From Hormiphora californensis (Eukaryota; Animalia; Ctenophora): a stretch of 64,000 bases of DNA. The notes under the pieces are model-generated. The model was not told the DNA's origin, did not search any database, and saw nothing but the letters and a program-made list of their open reading frames with translations. The translations under genes were made by a program, and so were the position numbers. Positions within the stretch are counted from its first letter, which is position 1. Each line of letters opens with the position of its first letter. The stretch is from contig CM035353.1 of assembly GCA_020137815.1 (NCBI GenBank), positions 4,588,001 to 4,652,000 of the forward strand, written 5' to 3'. Positions 50,335 to 64,000 of this stretch are shown here, in pieces.

Positions 50335-50696
50335 CCCTGCCGGAATAGAATCGTTCAATATCCTCAATATGACCGCGATTTAGCACTCATATTAAGTTCA
50401 ATAATTGATTGGATATTGAGGTTCTTGCGCGATTTATTGTTCAATTTTACCTCGATGTACCTCAATAAAACCACGATTGCGGTATTGTTCAATAATTGAG
50501 GTTTCCGAGCGATTTATTGTTCAATTATTCCCATGTGTTCTATTGTCCTCGATATATCGTGGTCTTATCGAGGTATATTGACGTGAAATTGAACAATAAA
50601 TCGCGCAAGAACCTCAATATCCAATCAATTATTGAACAATTAGCCTGCTAGATCGCGTTTATATTGAGTATATTGAACGATTCTATTCCAGCAGGG
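50335..50696. mobile_element. MITE with CCC...GGG ends and TA flanks (EnSpm-like)
   Basis: TA|CCCTGCCGGAATAGAATCGTTCAATAT...ATATTGAACGATTCTATTCCAGCAGGG|TA; removal restores the flanking reading frame. Confidence 0.8.
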
Positions 50697-51003
50697 TACT
50701 GAATGGTGGAGTTGGCTCAGGCAGAGCAATGAACTTTTAACATTCAGCACAATAGAGATGGTAGTGATGTGCGACTTGGTCCCAAAAAGATACCTGTAGA
50801 TGGGTTTGATGAGTAAGTGTGTAGTTGAAAAGCGAGGGTCATAGTGTCGAAACAAAACTTAAAGATTAATAGTTATATAATTTGTCATAGTTCTTTTTTA
50901 ATCACACATTTCTAGGATGGAACGATATACCAATTTATGGGTTGCCATTCGCACGGATGTCCTGACTGCTTTCCGAAAGATCCAGATGAAGTGAAGAATA
51001 AAA

Positions 51004-52005
51004 TAGTAAGGTGATTGAACTAAAATTTTAGCCCCAACCAGAAAAAAAATTGTGACAAAGGATTTCCACCTGAAACGTACTCCTAAGGGTCCCCTCTAAC
51101 GATCCCAACCAATGCTCAAATTGAGCAGAGGGTGCAAAGGCCTCATTTCCGGGTGGGCGTGGTACCTGTGTTTTCAGCCTGAGGCCAAAACCATAAGTAC
51201 CCTTAAAATAGGAGTAGAGAAAAAATCGGGGGCACTAAAATGATCAGCGTCCTCGAATTAGTGGGGGTAGGTGCTAAAATTAAGTCTCTATCTCATCTGG
51301 TTAATTAGATAATTGGATAATTAGGTTTGCGCATAACCGTTTTTTGGCTATATGGCTATAGCCACTTAGGAATGGTTTAGAGACTTTTCATTAGTGCCAT
51401 TTTGTAGGAAAAGAGAAATTATGGGCGGTCGACGTCGGACTTTTACGCTCTATCTTCAACCGTTTAGCCGTTATTTGGCTTTTATGATGCTCCAAATGAG
51501 CAAAATACGGTAAAAAGGCCGTTTTTGAACACCGTTAAAGCCAAATAACGGCTAAACGGTTGAAGATAGAGCTAAAAAGTCCGACGACGACCCCCCATAA
51601 CTTCTCTTTGCCTACAAAATGGCACCAACGAAAAGTCTCTAAACCATTCCTAAGTGGCTATAGCCATATAGCCAAAAAACGGTTATGCGCAAACCTAATT
51701 ATCCAATTATCTAATTAACCAGATGAGATAGAGACTTAATTTTAGCACCTACCCCCACTAATTCGAGGACGCTGATCATTTTAGTGCCCTCGATTTTTTC
51801 TCTACTCCTATTTTAAGGGTACTTATGGTTTTGGCCTCAGGCTGAAAACACAGGTACCACGCCCACCCGGAAATGAGGCCTTTGCACCCTCTGCTCAATT
51901 TGAGCATTGGTTGGGATCGTTAGAGGGGAACCTTAGGAGTACGTTTCAGGTGGAAATCCTTTGTCACAAATTTTTTTCTGGTTCTCCTGGCTTATCACCT
52001 TACTA
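51004..52005. mobile_element. Foldback MITE, Academ-like (TAG...CTA ends, 3-bp TSD AAA)
   Basis: TAGTAAGGTGAT...ATCACCTTACTA; ~450-bp inverted arms; removing the element plus AAA restores the in-frame KNKMTK of the pPolB remnant. Confidence 0.85.
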
Positions 52006-53718
52006 AAATGACAAAGTCTTTCAGCGAGCGATATTACAATACAAACCAAGCTAATTAGTATAATAATGAAGTGACCAAGAGTTTTCAAAAACTCAGATAC
52101 ACGGTGAGAAAAGGGGGTGCAACAGTACCCCTCGCTGGGGATGTATTTGCGAAAGCGGCCGGCCCCGCCCCTGGAATACAGGGTGGTGGGGGCGGCCCCG
52201 ACAGTGCTGAGGTTAAGGAGAGTGTAATGAAAGTGACTAATGACAATGTTTCAGCACTCAAGATTCTTTATATGTAAGGAGAAAATTAAGCATTATTTAA
52301 TTTTTGCGGCTACGTGTGGGCCCCTTTTATGATAGTGCAGTATATAGCATGAAACAACAGATACCTGTAAAATATGGCAGGGGATGAATCAGGAAACCCC
52401 CGTTATTTTAAAACCACCTCCATGATACATAGAGGGACGGTGTATAAACTGACCCACTGGGTAGTAGTACCTAGAACCTAAAGGCGTGAACCAAAGGTGA
52501 CCTATAAAAACCCCTTCCAATTCCTTCCACCTAACCACTGCACTGCCATGCCTATAGTTGAATGTTATTCATACATTCGGAACTTAAACAGCGTAGGAAA
52601 AATACCGGTAAGTGCCTGTCAGAAGTCTCCTCCTGTATGGTGGTGATAATATTATTTACATTTTATTTACAATTAATCCCCCTCCCTAAGCAATGCTACC
52701 CACCGCTTCTCTTACATTCCGAAATGGACCGAGGGAAACTCTTTTTCTCGTGGCTCAACACATGGCTTAACATGACCAGGCACGCATTCCAGTGCCCTCA
52801 GGAACAGATTTTGTATACTGAGAGAACAGCTTTTTCCGTGACCACACATACGATAGAATGGGGAAGAGCACACTTTTTACGATCACTATAGTGTGTATAG
52901 TCACACAGCAGCAGGGGGCGATGAGGGGGGCCACCTGGTGTGATGCCTTCGTCGACACGACGAAGGCATCACTTATAAGCAAGAGCACATGAGCCCAGAA
53001 AGGCAGTTCCGAACACGCTCTCTTGCTAACTGCTCCAGTCTCCACTGCTCCAGTCTCCACTGCTCCAGCCTCAACTGAGCTATCCTCCACTGTGCTATTC
53101 TCAACTGGTTTACTCTCAGCCGTTCAACATGACTTCAATCCACACTATCCCCACATCGGCCCTCGGTATGTAGCTTGGGCACGTCGCGCCCTCTTTCTTC
53201 GCGCGCGATTTTTCGCGAACCCCCTGCGGAGGGGCTGCTTCGCAGCCAAGTATGTACTTGTAGCACGAGTAGTCGATACAGGAGATAATTAGTCTAGGGA
53301 GATTATCGGTTTTGAATAGGAATTGCGTATGAGTTATGACATTGTAGTAATATGTCGTTTAAAATGTTGAATTGAATTCATATAAAGTTGTACTCCATCA
53401 GGTGAACAAGCTAGGGGTTATAACGTTCAAGCATGAATCCAACATAAAAGTGGATTTTTGCTGCGCGTCAATAAACGACAGAAAAGAGAGGGTTCTTTGG
53501 AATTCTAACTTGATTAAGTGGTAAGATATTAAAATCTAGATTAATAAAAATAGGATTATACATTATATTATTCATGAAAACACGGCGGCTTTTAGGGGCT
53601 GTGGCATTGCCACCGCAGAAGAATTTAATTCGAATGGCTCATTTCCCAATACAATAAGCGTCATCAATAAAAACTTTACGTTGTAATTGATGAAAGTTTG
53701 AACGATTATATTTTGCAG

Positions 53719-54280
53719 GTTTACACAAGAAGAAGTATTCCGGGTAACAGTACAGGCGATCAAAACATTATTTGAGGGGACACCGGTATTACAGGCATCC
53801 AAAGGAGGAGTGTCGAATTATGCAATCACGATAGTGATACGGACAGTACTAGAGGAGAGAAAAATGATAAAGGAGGCTAGTATTGAAACAGGATGCAAAA
53901 AGGGGATAACGCGGGATGATTTGAGTGGAAAATCAGCCATCATGACGGTCCTGGAGTTTATGAGTGATACTATCACTGATAGTATAGAAGGCCTAGACAA
54001 TAGTACAATAGATTTGAGGAAGAAACTAGGAGAAAAAAATTGAAACAGGATCGCCCAAGATCAAAAATCCTTTCGAAGAAAAGGATCTTTACAGGACTCA
54101 ACAAGACAGCACTAAGGAAATTAGGTGGAATATCATTTCATACTATCTAGAACACCTTCCAGTAAGAAGATGGAGGGATGTGAAGTGGGAAGTAGTAAGG
54201 GCGACTGAAAATTGGTACAAGCTACCAAAAAGAACTAGAATGAGGGAATTCTTTGACGTAGAGAAATGGGTAGAAATATA
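53719..54280 (+). pseudogene. Uncharacterised repeated gene family, degenerate exon (copy 1)
   Basis: ttgcag acceptor; FTQEEVFRVTVQAIKTLFEGTPV... and, after a frameshift, KNPFEEKDLYRTQQDSTKEIRWNIISYYL; paralogue at 59300-60560. Confidence 0.55.
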
Positions 54281-57200
54281 GAACGTTAAATTGAAAATAG
54301 TGTGTGAACATTGAATCGGTATGGATTCTAAATTGAATAATTAATTGAACTGATGAGATATCGTGATGATGACTGACATATACATATACGAATGTCTTTT
54401 AAATTTCCCACTTTTATAGTAAAACTTGTTTGCTTGCTCTGGAGCCGAATTTAAAATATAAATCACGAACTTGTAACGATTTTTAGCTTCTGATGCTAAG
54501 ACGAAGACTGAGAATCAACTGAGAGATAATGGGTAGAGTTTTAGGACTAATAACCTTGCTTACCGCGCTGACTAGCGCTAACAAAATAGGGATTATGGTG
54601 GCTAATACCGACACAGCTACAGCAGTCAAGTATGTGTTAAATATGTGTTGATAGGAGACAGGACAATGTTGTTCGGAGACAGCACCCGTTGGAAAGATTG
54701 TAGATCGGAGTTTTGGGTGTGTCCTGTTCGTCATCCATGTTTCTGCTCCAGTCAGTTTCCTTATCATTCTAAACAAAGGAGTTGAGTTACGAGAGAGAAC
54801 AACATGGGATCGAGTTATGTATGATCTCAAACCATCTCATGGGACTAAGTCACGCATATAGCCACCTGGATAGCTCATAACATGTGGTTTCCCCGAATGA
54901 TATAGCACATTACTAGGGCGACAGCTACGTTATTTGTTATGGCCACTAACAACAGCTCCCGCAAGATAACATAATATGTAGCACTATCACAGTTCTGTAA
55001 CAGGGAGTTTTTTGTTTCAGTTTCACTATTTGACTCTGTTTTTTTGCCTAGCTCAGCATCATCATTTTCTGTAGTATCTTCATATTTTTTTCATTTTTCT
55101 ATCAATCCTTATTTTCTTTATCTCTTTTCTTCATTTTTTCTGCTTTGTTCTCTCATCTGTTTTATATTTTTTGGAATATAATTTGATTAAGAATTATGTC
55201 TTGTGGCACTGCAATTAATTTCTGTGCAGTTTGCATGAACTATGATGGACTTGGCTGGTGTGGAGCAAGGGGGAAATCCAGCAGTGCATGATGAGAATAA
55301 AAGCGGCGATACGAGGGAGCCTGGAGTTTAGCGTCGAGCGACAAACAGGAGCTACTACATAGTTACCACGCACAGGAAAGCTACAACCTATCTGAAGGTA
55401 GAGACAGACTGCGGCATTTTCGTGACCTTCAAATTGTTTTTGAGACACCGGTTGCGGCCCAGATCAAAAGTTTTAGCTGTTGTTAGAATAAAAGCTCGAC
55501 AAACAGGAGCTACTATTATAGTAAGTGTTAGAAAGTGCTTAAAGCAGAGTAAGGGGGAAATCCATGTAGTTGGTTTTCTGTAGTATTTTCATATATTTTT
55601 TTCATTTTTCATCTTTATTTATTTTTTTCATCTTTTTCTTCATTTTTTCTGCTTTGTTCTCTCATCTGTTTTATATTTTTTGGAATATATTTGATTAAAA
55701 ATTGTGTCTTGTGGCACTGCAATTAATTTGTGTGCAGTCTGCATGATATAATGTCATCTTGGTATATAGTTATCTAAGTAGTGTCAGTATAGTGACAGTA
55801 TAGATTATAACTTAAATCACCCCTTTCAGGCGGCTGGAACCTCTGTTGGAGGCTATGCCTAGAGGCATTCACCCCCTCCACCGCCGAGGTGCAGACCCAG
55901 ACCTCCGACACCTCCGACACCCCGACAAGGACCCCGACAAGGACCAGCCCCTCAGCCTGGGCTACCCTGCACCTGTCTCCCACCTATACGACCCGGCTCA
56001 TATACCGTAAGTTCTGCTTTTGACTTCCATCCTAAATTGTAAATCTACAAATCTTAATTCAATCTAACTAGGTCATTTTTTTCAGGTTCGGACATGCCGG
56101 AAGATACGGAAATGCAGATGGTGTAGTGTTGTACATACATCTCACCAATCAAGGAGGGAGCACCAGGAAGGGGATGCCCATAAAAAGGTGCTACTGGTAG
56201 CATGCGGGCACATCCCCTCCCAGGTGTAAACCCTCCTTGATTGGTGAGATCCCTTTTGGTGCCGCCCACTTCCAGTTCAACTCCCTGGGCAGATTCGAGG
56301 ACCGTCAACCCGATCATTTGCCGAAGGGGACTTTGATGATTAGAGAGATGTGGATTTTAGGGACAATTTAAATTTTAATTAAGATGGTGTGCAGATGGTG
56401 TAGTGTTGTACATACATCTCACCAATCAAGTTAGGTTTAATTATATTTTAGTATAGTTATATAAGTAAGAGGGCATCAATACATCTTTCCTAGATAGTGT
56501 GATGGGCACCTTGTTTTGCCTTGTTCGACCATCCTTCTCCGTGCCCCGCGACAGTGAAATAATAATAACTCGTACCGTAGAAATAGAAATATAAAATAAA
56601 ACAGAACCGTAAGAGCTAGGAAGCCAACTGTCGGTAGAGTACGTGTAGAGTACGTGCTGAGACACGTGCAGTCAAGAGTTAGCCTTATAACTGAAACACC
56701 TCTTTCAGGCGGCTGGAATTTATGCTGGCACTTATGCTTGGATGCACCTCCACAGCCCACCGCAGATGGGCAGACCCAAACCGAGACAAGAACCCAGGAC
56801 CAGGAGACCCACACGTATGCGGACACGCCCCCTTCCACGGACAACACGGACGTAGCGTACGGACAATATCCCCGGTCTTCTTTTCTATCGCCCTCGTATA
56901 GGGAGAACATAATGCTTGTTTACATCTCTAATCATGTTTTATCCCTTGCAGGAAGATCTATACCGACAATGGTATATACATTTGTTTCGATCGATCCATT
57001 GTTATTGAGGTTAACAAGAAAATAACCTGTGTGGTGAAAAAGTCTTTTTAAATAAAAAAAGAAAGAAAAAGAATAAGAGGGAAAATTAATATATATAGAA
57101 TAAATAAAATATGTTAGCAAACTATTAGTTTGTATTTTGTAACAAAGTGTTCATTATTTTGTAATGCAGTGCCTTCTCAAAGGAGAGCCGGTGGTGGTAA

Positions 57201-59419
57201 CAGGGAAATTATAGGTCTCTAACTCCACGGGTTTTATTAATAAGCAATGTTAAGTACGGGGGAGTTATGAGAGAGAAAAAGTATGTATGATTTCACCCAT
57301 CACATAGGATACAGAAAAATATCACATACCATCTGGATGCTTATACCATGTGACAGTTTGCTAACACGTACCTTCCAGGACGTTATCAGTTGTAAACCCT
57401 TGAGGGAAGGACCCGATATAGCCCCAATTATGGCCGACGTCCACCCAGCAGACGAGTCGTCGGCTTCACCTTCGGAGGTATGTGCATAACCCCGCATAAT
57501 AATACAAAATAGGCTAAACGGATTGAAACAAGACGTAGAAAGAAGTGTAGCACGTCTATAAATTATTAAATTATAATATCTAAGTAGGTAGTAGAGATCC
57601 CATCACTCAAAATCTTTTTCTTTACGTACAGATGCGTTAAACCAGATTTCCTTATTTTGTACGTATAAACATTTCCGTTTTTTACCCTGATACCCCTATT
57701 AGTCTGACACAAGTTCATCTAAACTATCCCCAGCAAGCGCCAAATACAGAGAATCTACCAATACTACCTACACCAGCTATGGCCCTCTGGTCAACCAGAG
57801 GGGCCGGCGCTTGGTCGGTGACTGCTCCGACTCCCGGCACTGGAATATCCCAAGTGGGGGTACAAGAGTACCCCTCGCTGGGGATGTATTTGAGAAAGCG
57901 GCCATGTGACCCCGTTGAATAATATAGTGGACCACTGAGGGACTATAGCGTATATCCGGAATTTATTATGGCTTCTAACGTCAGCTCTCGCGAGGCGTCC
58001 CTGAAGGACAAGAGAAAGGAGAGGGAAAAGAAGTATGGCAACGTATGGGCTAACCTGGGGGAGCAGGGCTTGTGGCGAGGGATCAGCTCCACAGGAAAGG
58101 GATGGAGGGAAACGAATAAACTATACCAGAAGCAGAGAAGGGAGAAAATAAAGAGGAAGATGGAGGGGAGAAGCTGGAGAGGAAGGACGAACCAGAGAGG
58201 AACTGCTAGGGATTATCGAACAAAAAGACGTACAGTTGGAAGAAATACAAACGACTGTACTGTCGTTGGTGACGGAACGGGATGGCTTTGTTACCAAGGA
58301 AGGAAGGAGTATAACCTAGGACGACCCTGAAAAAAGACTGGAATTGGCAGAGGGAACGGAGTTCAGTGATAGCAAGGGAGACGGGAAGAAAAAGAGAGGG
58401 ATCGAGAAAGAGCTAGGGATAGAGAAGGGAGCAGAACACGGCGAGGAGAGGGGAGAGAGGGAGGGAGGAGGGAACACTAGGGAGTTGAGGGAGAGGCGAT
58501 AGGGAGCAGGGAGAGGAGGGAGGGGAGAGAGAGAGGGGGAGAGAGGGATAGGGATCAGTAGGGAAGAAGGGATGAGGGATATAAGGGGATGGATGGGATG
58601 AGGGAGAAGGGATGAGCGGAAGCGGATGGAAGGGAGGGAGGGATGGGAGGGATAGGATTAGGAAGGAAGGGATCGGAGGGGATAGGGGGAGGATATCTTA
58701 GGGATGAGTAGGGGAAGGGAGGGATGGGATAGGGAAGGGATGGGATAGGATATAAACAGAGGATCCAAGACCTGGAAAAAAAGCTGGAATTGGCAGCGGG
58801 CACAGACGAACTGTTCAGTCAGATATAATTGGGGGGAGAAAAAGGGGGGATCGGGAAAGAGGACAGTCAAGCTCCCGTCTGAGCTCAAGTCCGAACCGCT
58901 CGGGTCCGGCCCCTTTATTTATTTATTTAAGTGCAATTAATAACAAACGAACAACAAGAAGTATCATGAATAGGTTTAATTCTCGCTCGGCGGCGGAAAG
59001 GACCCACATTATCGCGCGTCATAGCCGGCGTCACCGCTCACAGGCAGCCCCGCCCACCCGCCCTGCACTGCATCCTATTGGATACCGGCAACCCGACGGC
59101 CGGCCGTTCTCGCAGCGTGTGGCTCTATAGGCTAACTAGTGACCAACACTGGACCGCCTGTTTCCGGATGCAGAGGGATGCCGGTGAAGAGTAGGGATTC
59201 TGACCCGGAAGACTATGGGGTGGAAACAGTAGAGGTGCCCTTGTTTCGGGCCGGAGTGGAGGAAGGAAGAGTGCACTTCACTTATGCTCAAACTCATGGA
59301 CGGTCAATGTGCGGGGAAGAGATTGAACTGGAAAATGGACCCGACAGAGCTCAAGAGACAATTTATCCCTTACAAGGGACCCCGGTAAAGACATTTTAAG
59401 TTACATTTTTTAGATAATA

Positions 59420-60259
59420 CAGTCGGACCCCGATTTAACGGCCCCCGATTTAGCGGCACCCCGATTTAACGGCAGGATAAATTTCCCCCAAAAATTTTTT
59501 GAATTTTTTTTTGAAATTTTTTTTTGAAATTTTTTTGAAAATTTTTCAAAGGTCCGAATCGTGTTTCGAATCGGTGCATCTTATTGTATGTATTGCCGGT
59601 AATTAGACGGTTCGAAACGAACAGATATGTGATCCCCATGGGGCCCATCGAATCGCAATTTTGACGCTTGTTAAACTGGTCCCATGGGGATCACGTATCA
59701 GTTCGTTTCGAACCGTCTAATTAGCGACAGGACGTGCGATAAGATGCACTGATTCGAAACACGATTCGGACGTGGTTGATATACCTTTGAAAAATTTTCA
59801 TAACTTTTTTTGCAAAATTTTACAGAATTATTGTCAATGCTTTGATCGGTGCTCCCCATGAATTTTCAGAGAAAAAGATATTTTGAAATTCGAATTCTTC
59901 CTCACCCCGCTTAAAGTGCCCCGATTCGGCATGGTATCACGTATCGGTTCGTTTAGAACCGTCTAATTAGCAGCAAGACATGCGATAAGATGCACTGATT
60001 CGATAAACGATTCGGACGTGGTTGTACCTTAGAAAAACTTTTTTTGAATTAAAAAAAACAATTTCTTTTTCTAATCAGAAATGATCATGTAATCAATACA
60101 TGGACATTGCATTTAACACTTAGAGGTGTTTTAGTATAGCATTTTGGACAAAAATAGGGTTTTATGGGCCAAATATGCTCTACCCCGATTTAACGGACAC
60201 CCCGATTTAACGGACAAAACCCTTTCCCCCGAGGGTGCCGTTAAATCGGGGTCCGACTG
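59420..60259. mobile_element. Long pogo/Tc1-like MITE (840 bp)
   Basis: TA|CAGTCGGACCCCGATTTAACGG...CCGTTAAATCGGGGTCCGACTG|TA. Confidence 0.92.
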
Positions 60260-60619
60260 TAATTGTTTTTTATTTCTGTAGTAGTAGTAGTTAATTAAGG
60301 GCTCCAAGAGGAGAGAAAATAACGGATGGGGGCCCCTGCATCCAGGACCCCTTTGAAGAAAAAAACCTGTACCGGACCCAGCAGGAGGCCGTGAGAAATA
60401 TGAGAACCAACATAGTGAACTACTATCTCACTAATTTATAACGGGGAACGTTCGACGTGGAGAGCTATCGGGATTTAATAGGTATCGCCAAAACAAATGA
60501 GATGTTAAAATTACAAGAACTACCCCCTAAGAAATTAAAACGTGTGTTCTCTCTCAGGACAGTACCCACGTTCAAATTCCGGCACTACTGAATGCCAGCC
60601 AATGGAAGATTACCTCTCC

Positions 60620-61931
60620 CCCTAGTTAAGATGAAAAATATGAAACAAAAACATAAAGCGGAGATGACGAGAATCCTAACAAAGTTAAATTTGGCGCTTG
60701 GGGAATTGGAGGGAATGAAGGTAGAGAATGAAGATCTGAAGCAAAAGTTAAGAGATTGAGGAGAGAGCCAGGGAACATCCAGTGACGGCGGACATGGCAT
60801 TACTGAATATGCCAACTTTAGAAGGTACAATTCATACACAAACTATGTATCTCCATTACAACAATATGTGGGGCGGGGAGTTTTGTACAGATTATAGCAT
60901 AATGTGAACACTGAATATTTCATAAATGAGGTTTGTGGACGAATTTAGAAGTGCCCTGCTGAAAAAAAAGATCGCCCAAACTGCTCTGATTGACTGTGTG
61001 ATATATAGAACAGTGTCTACTGTGGGAGATGTGACTGGGACAATACCTGTGCGGGGAGGGAGACGGTAGTGTAGCTGTTGAAAGAACTTCGATGGTAAGA
61101 ACTCCTCTGCAGTACAGGTCGACAGAATATGATTTGTATTTACTTATGTAACAATGAGAACTTTATGTAACGAGGAGAAAAGAGTCAGTAAACAGCTGAT
61201 AAGTTACAGACTGACTGCTGATGTCATTAGCTGCAGTCCGTCTGTAACTTCTCAATTGTTTACTGATGCTGAAGCTGAAGTTCAAGTAGGAAGAAAGTTT
61301 GGCTTTCAACTCTACAAGAATCAACATGCACTTAATTCTTGAGTGAAGATCTTTACTCAAGAGTAAAGTACATGTTGATCTACAGATACCGTTTCACCTG
61401 CGTGAGGAACTGCTCACAAAGCGACTACAATACCCCGGCGTTGGTTATAAAGAGGAACAAAAAACTGAGAATAATTATGGATCTCAGAGCTGATTGGTGA
61501 AGAGAAAATTCCAGTTTTGATAAGAAATTCATCCCTACTAGTTAAGATGAAAAACATGAAACAAAAACATAAAGCGGAGATGACGAGAATCCTAACAAAG
61601 TTAAATTTGGCGCTTGGGGAATTGGAGGGAATGAAGGTAGAGAATGAAGATCTGAAGCAAAAGTTAAGAGTTGAGGAGAGAGCCAGGGAACATCCAGTGA
61701 CGGCGGACATGGCATTACTGAATATGCCAACTTTAGAAGGTACAATTTATACACAAACTATCTCCATTACAACAATATGTGGGGCGGGGAGTTTTGTACA
61801 GATTATAGCATAATGTGAACACTGAATATTTCAGAAATGAGGTTTGCAACAAACGTTTGTGGACGAATTTTGAAGTGCCCTGCTGAAAAAAAAAGATCGC
61901 CCAAACTGCTCTGATTGACTGTGTGATATAT
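60620..61931 (+). repeat. ~390-bp direct duplication carrying a coiled-coil exon
   Basis: 60620-61005 vs 61538-61931; MKNMKQKHKAEMTRILTKLNLALGELEGMKVENEDLKQKL; the first copy is frameshifted. Confidence 0.85.
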
Positions 61932-62585
61932 CGAATTATGGATCTCAGAGCTCTCAACAAAGGAGATAAAGCTCTATAATAAAGATCCACTAAGTGTTTA
62001 CTCAACAACTAAATGTACTTGTAGCAATGTAACCGAGACCAATGACCAACCCTAAATTAACATACAGATACCAAATTCGCCAATAGAGACGAGTGATCAA
62101 CGGCGAGAGGAAAGGAACATATATTTTGATCTCAATTTAAAGTTCCCGAAGACTGCAGGCCTACCACAATAAGGAAAGGAACAGCTAAATTACCTGCATA
62201 CCTATAATATACCTCCGAGCCACATACACTATTAAGACATTAGGCCGGGATTTAACAAATAACAATCCCTATTTAGACCCTGAAAAAGAGGAATTAAGCG
62301 AAGGAAACGTGCCTCTTTTGAGGTGGAAGAGATGTAGGTGGAGGAGAACTACTGCACATTGTGTAGAGGGCAACTACGTGATCTCCGGGTGTACGGAGTG
62401 TGCCCCGAAGGAACGGTACAGCTACAACCCCAGTATACTGATCAAGGCGCGCTGGGGTCATTAGAAATGATCGGCTTGTTGAACGAGTTGGCCAAAACAT
62501 ACAGTTCGGTGATGCAAGTGGCGGATTGCAGCACAATCCCCAGGGTAATTGTTGAGTCGATCCAAAACTGGATGGAATAGTTATA

Positions 62586-63445
62586 CAGTCGGACCCCGAT
62601 TTAACGGCACCCTCGGGGGAAAGGGTTTTGTCCGTTAAATCGGGGTGTCCGTTAAATCGGGGTAGAGCATATTTGGCCCATAAAACCCTATTTTTGTCCA
62701 AAATACTATACTAAAACACCTCTAAGTAAATGCTATGTCCATGTATTGATTACATGATCATTTCTGGTTAGAAAAATAAAATAATTTTAAAATTTTAAAA
62801 AAAGTTATAAAAATTTTCTAAGGTACGTGTACTGGTATATCAACTACGTCCGAATCGTATATCGAATCAGTGCATCTTATCGCATGTCTTGCTGCTAATT
62901 AGACGGTTCGAAACGAACCGATACGTGATACCATGCCGAATCGGGGCACTTTAAGCGGGGTGAGGAAGAATTCGAATTTCAAAATATCTTTTTCTCTGAA
63001 AATTCATGGGGAGCACCGATCAAAGCATTGCCAATCATTCTGTAAAGTTTTCCAAAAAAAAGTTATGAAAATTTTTCAAAGATATATCAACCACGTCCGA
63101 ATCGTGTTTCGAATCAGTGCATCTTATCGCTAATTAGACGGTTCGAAACGAACCGATACGTGATCCCCATGGGGCCAGTTTAACAAGCGTCAAAATTGCG
63201 ACTCGATTGGCCTCATGGGGATCACATATCTGTTCGTTTCGAACCGTCTAATTACGGGTAAGACCTGCAATAAGATGCACCGATTCGAAACACGATTCGG
63301 ACGTGGTTGAAACACCTTTGGAAAATTTTCAAAAAATTTTCAAAAAATTTTCAAAAAAATTTTCAAAAAATTGTTGGGGGAAATTTATCCTGCCGTTAAA
63401 TCGGGGTGCCGCTAAATCGGGGGCCGTTAAATCGGGGTCCGACTG
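62586..63445. mobile_element. Long pogo/Tc1-like MITE, inverted relative to 59420-60259
   Basis: Same TIRs, TA TSD, reverse-complement interior. Confidence 0.92.
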
Positions 63446-64000
63446 TACTATAACAAATGTGAAATGTGTAAAACCGTAAACTACTCAACTTGCCTTTCAG
63501 TTTCTAATATATATTCAACAAATCCCGCAGTATTGAATTATACATAGTATGTACCTGAATTAGCACAGTGCTGATACATAAACTAATATTCGTTCCTATA
63601 TTTTCAAATTAAAACACATTCCTTTAGCCAGGCAATGCCACTAAAACGGTTGATCATTACTGACTGCACAGTACTTCCAGAGAAAAAACTCTAGATACAT
63701 GTCATATACTCTGTCATATTATATAATTATTTGTTACCATATATAAAAGTTTTCGATGCATTTCCATATACCAGTACTTAAAAATTAAACTTCAGTAATA
63801 GAAGAGCATATTTTATTGTAACTGCAGTCCTGTGTGGAAGGGGATGCCACAGCTGGTGTCCCCCCATCATTACTCTGGACGAGAAGTTTAAAGTAAGAGT
63901 GGCGCGCCGTGTTTTCTCACAAAACTTGGTGGATGAACGGGGAGTACCACCAGGACCATTGGTACGGTATAAAAAATTTCCAATTCTGTCTCGTTCATTA

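Larger units (their letters stand above)
50185..52058 (+). pseudogene. Polinton/Maverick pPolB fragment (Vsr-like endonuclease insert region) interrupted by two MITEs
   Basis: After removing the inserts and allowing frameshifts: CIAEDMPCG...EWWSWLRQ...NIQHNRDGSDVRLGPKKIPVDGFD / DGTIYQFMGCHSHGCPDCFPKDPDEVKNKMTKSFSERYYNT, cf. VDG...YEFxGCxWHGC. Confidence 0.75.

Noticed and set aside
59420-63445. Composite transposon formed by two inverted pogo-like MITEs
   Set aside because: Each copy has its own TA flanks and interrupts older sequence; independent insertions are the simpler explanation.

Overview
Eukaryotic (animal), repeat-saturated DNA. It is probably a ctenophore such as Pleurobrachia; this is an inference from the recurrent CAGTCGGACCCCGATTTA...TCGGGGTCCGACTG MITE, recalled rather than searched. 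Most of the window is nested non-autonomous DNA transposons whose TIRs and target-site duplications (TSDs) can be read directly: Merlin-, Kolobok-, Sola1-, hAT-, pogo/Tc1-, Harbinger-, EnSpm- and Academ-like elements, plus Helitron MITEs. It also holds minisatellites, a local segmental duplication and decayed coding remnants: AcademH-like transposase and RecQ helicase, Gypsy gag, a Polinton pPolB piece, a CRESS-virus-like Rep helicase and PDCD4 exons. Two apparently intact items stand out. (1) A 4.1-kb mini-Polinton/Maverick at 42707-46824 has AGTAGT ends, 581-bp TIRs and a 6-bp TSD. It carries three intronless TATA-driven genes but no polymerase, integrase or capsid. (2) An ORF at 41551-42474 encodes a signal peptide plus 29 x (R5-6)GVED, and its repeat variants point to selection on the poly-Arg frame. 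Family assignments rest on remembered motifs and terminal signatures; no searches were run.
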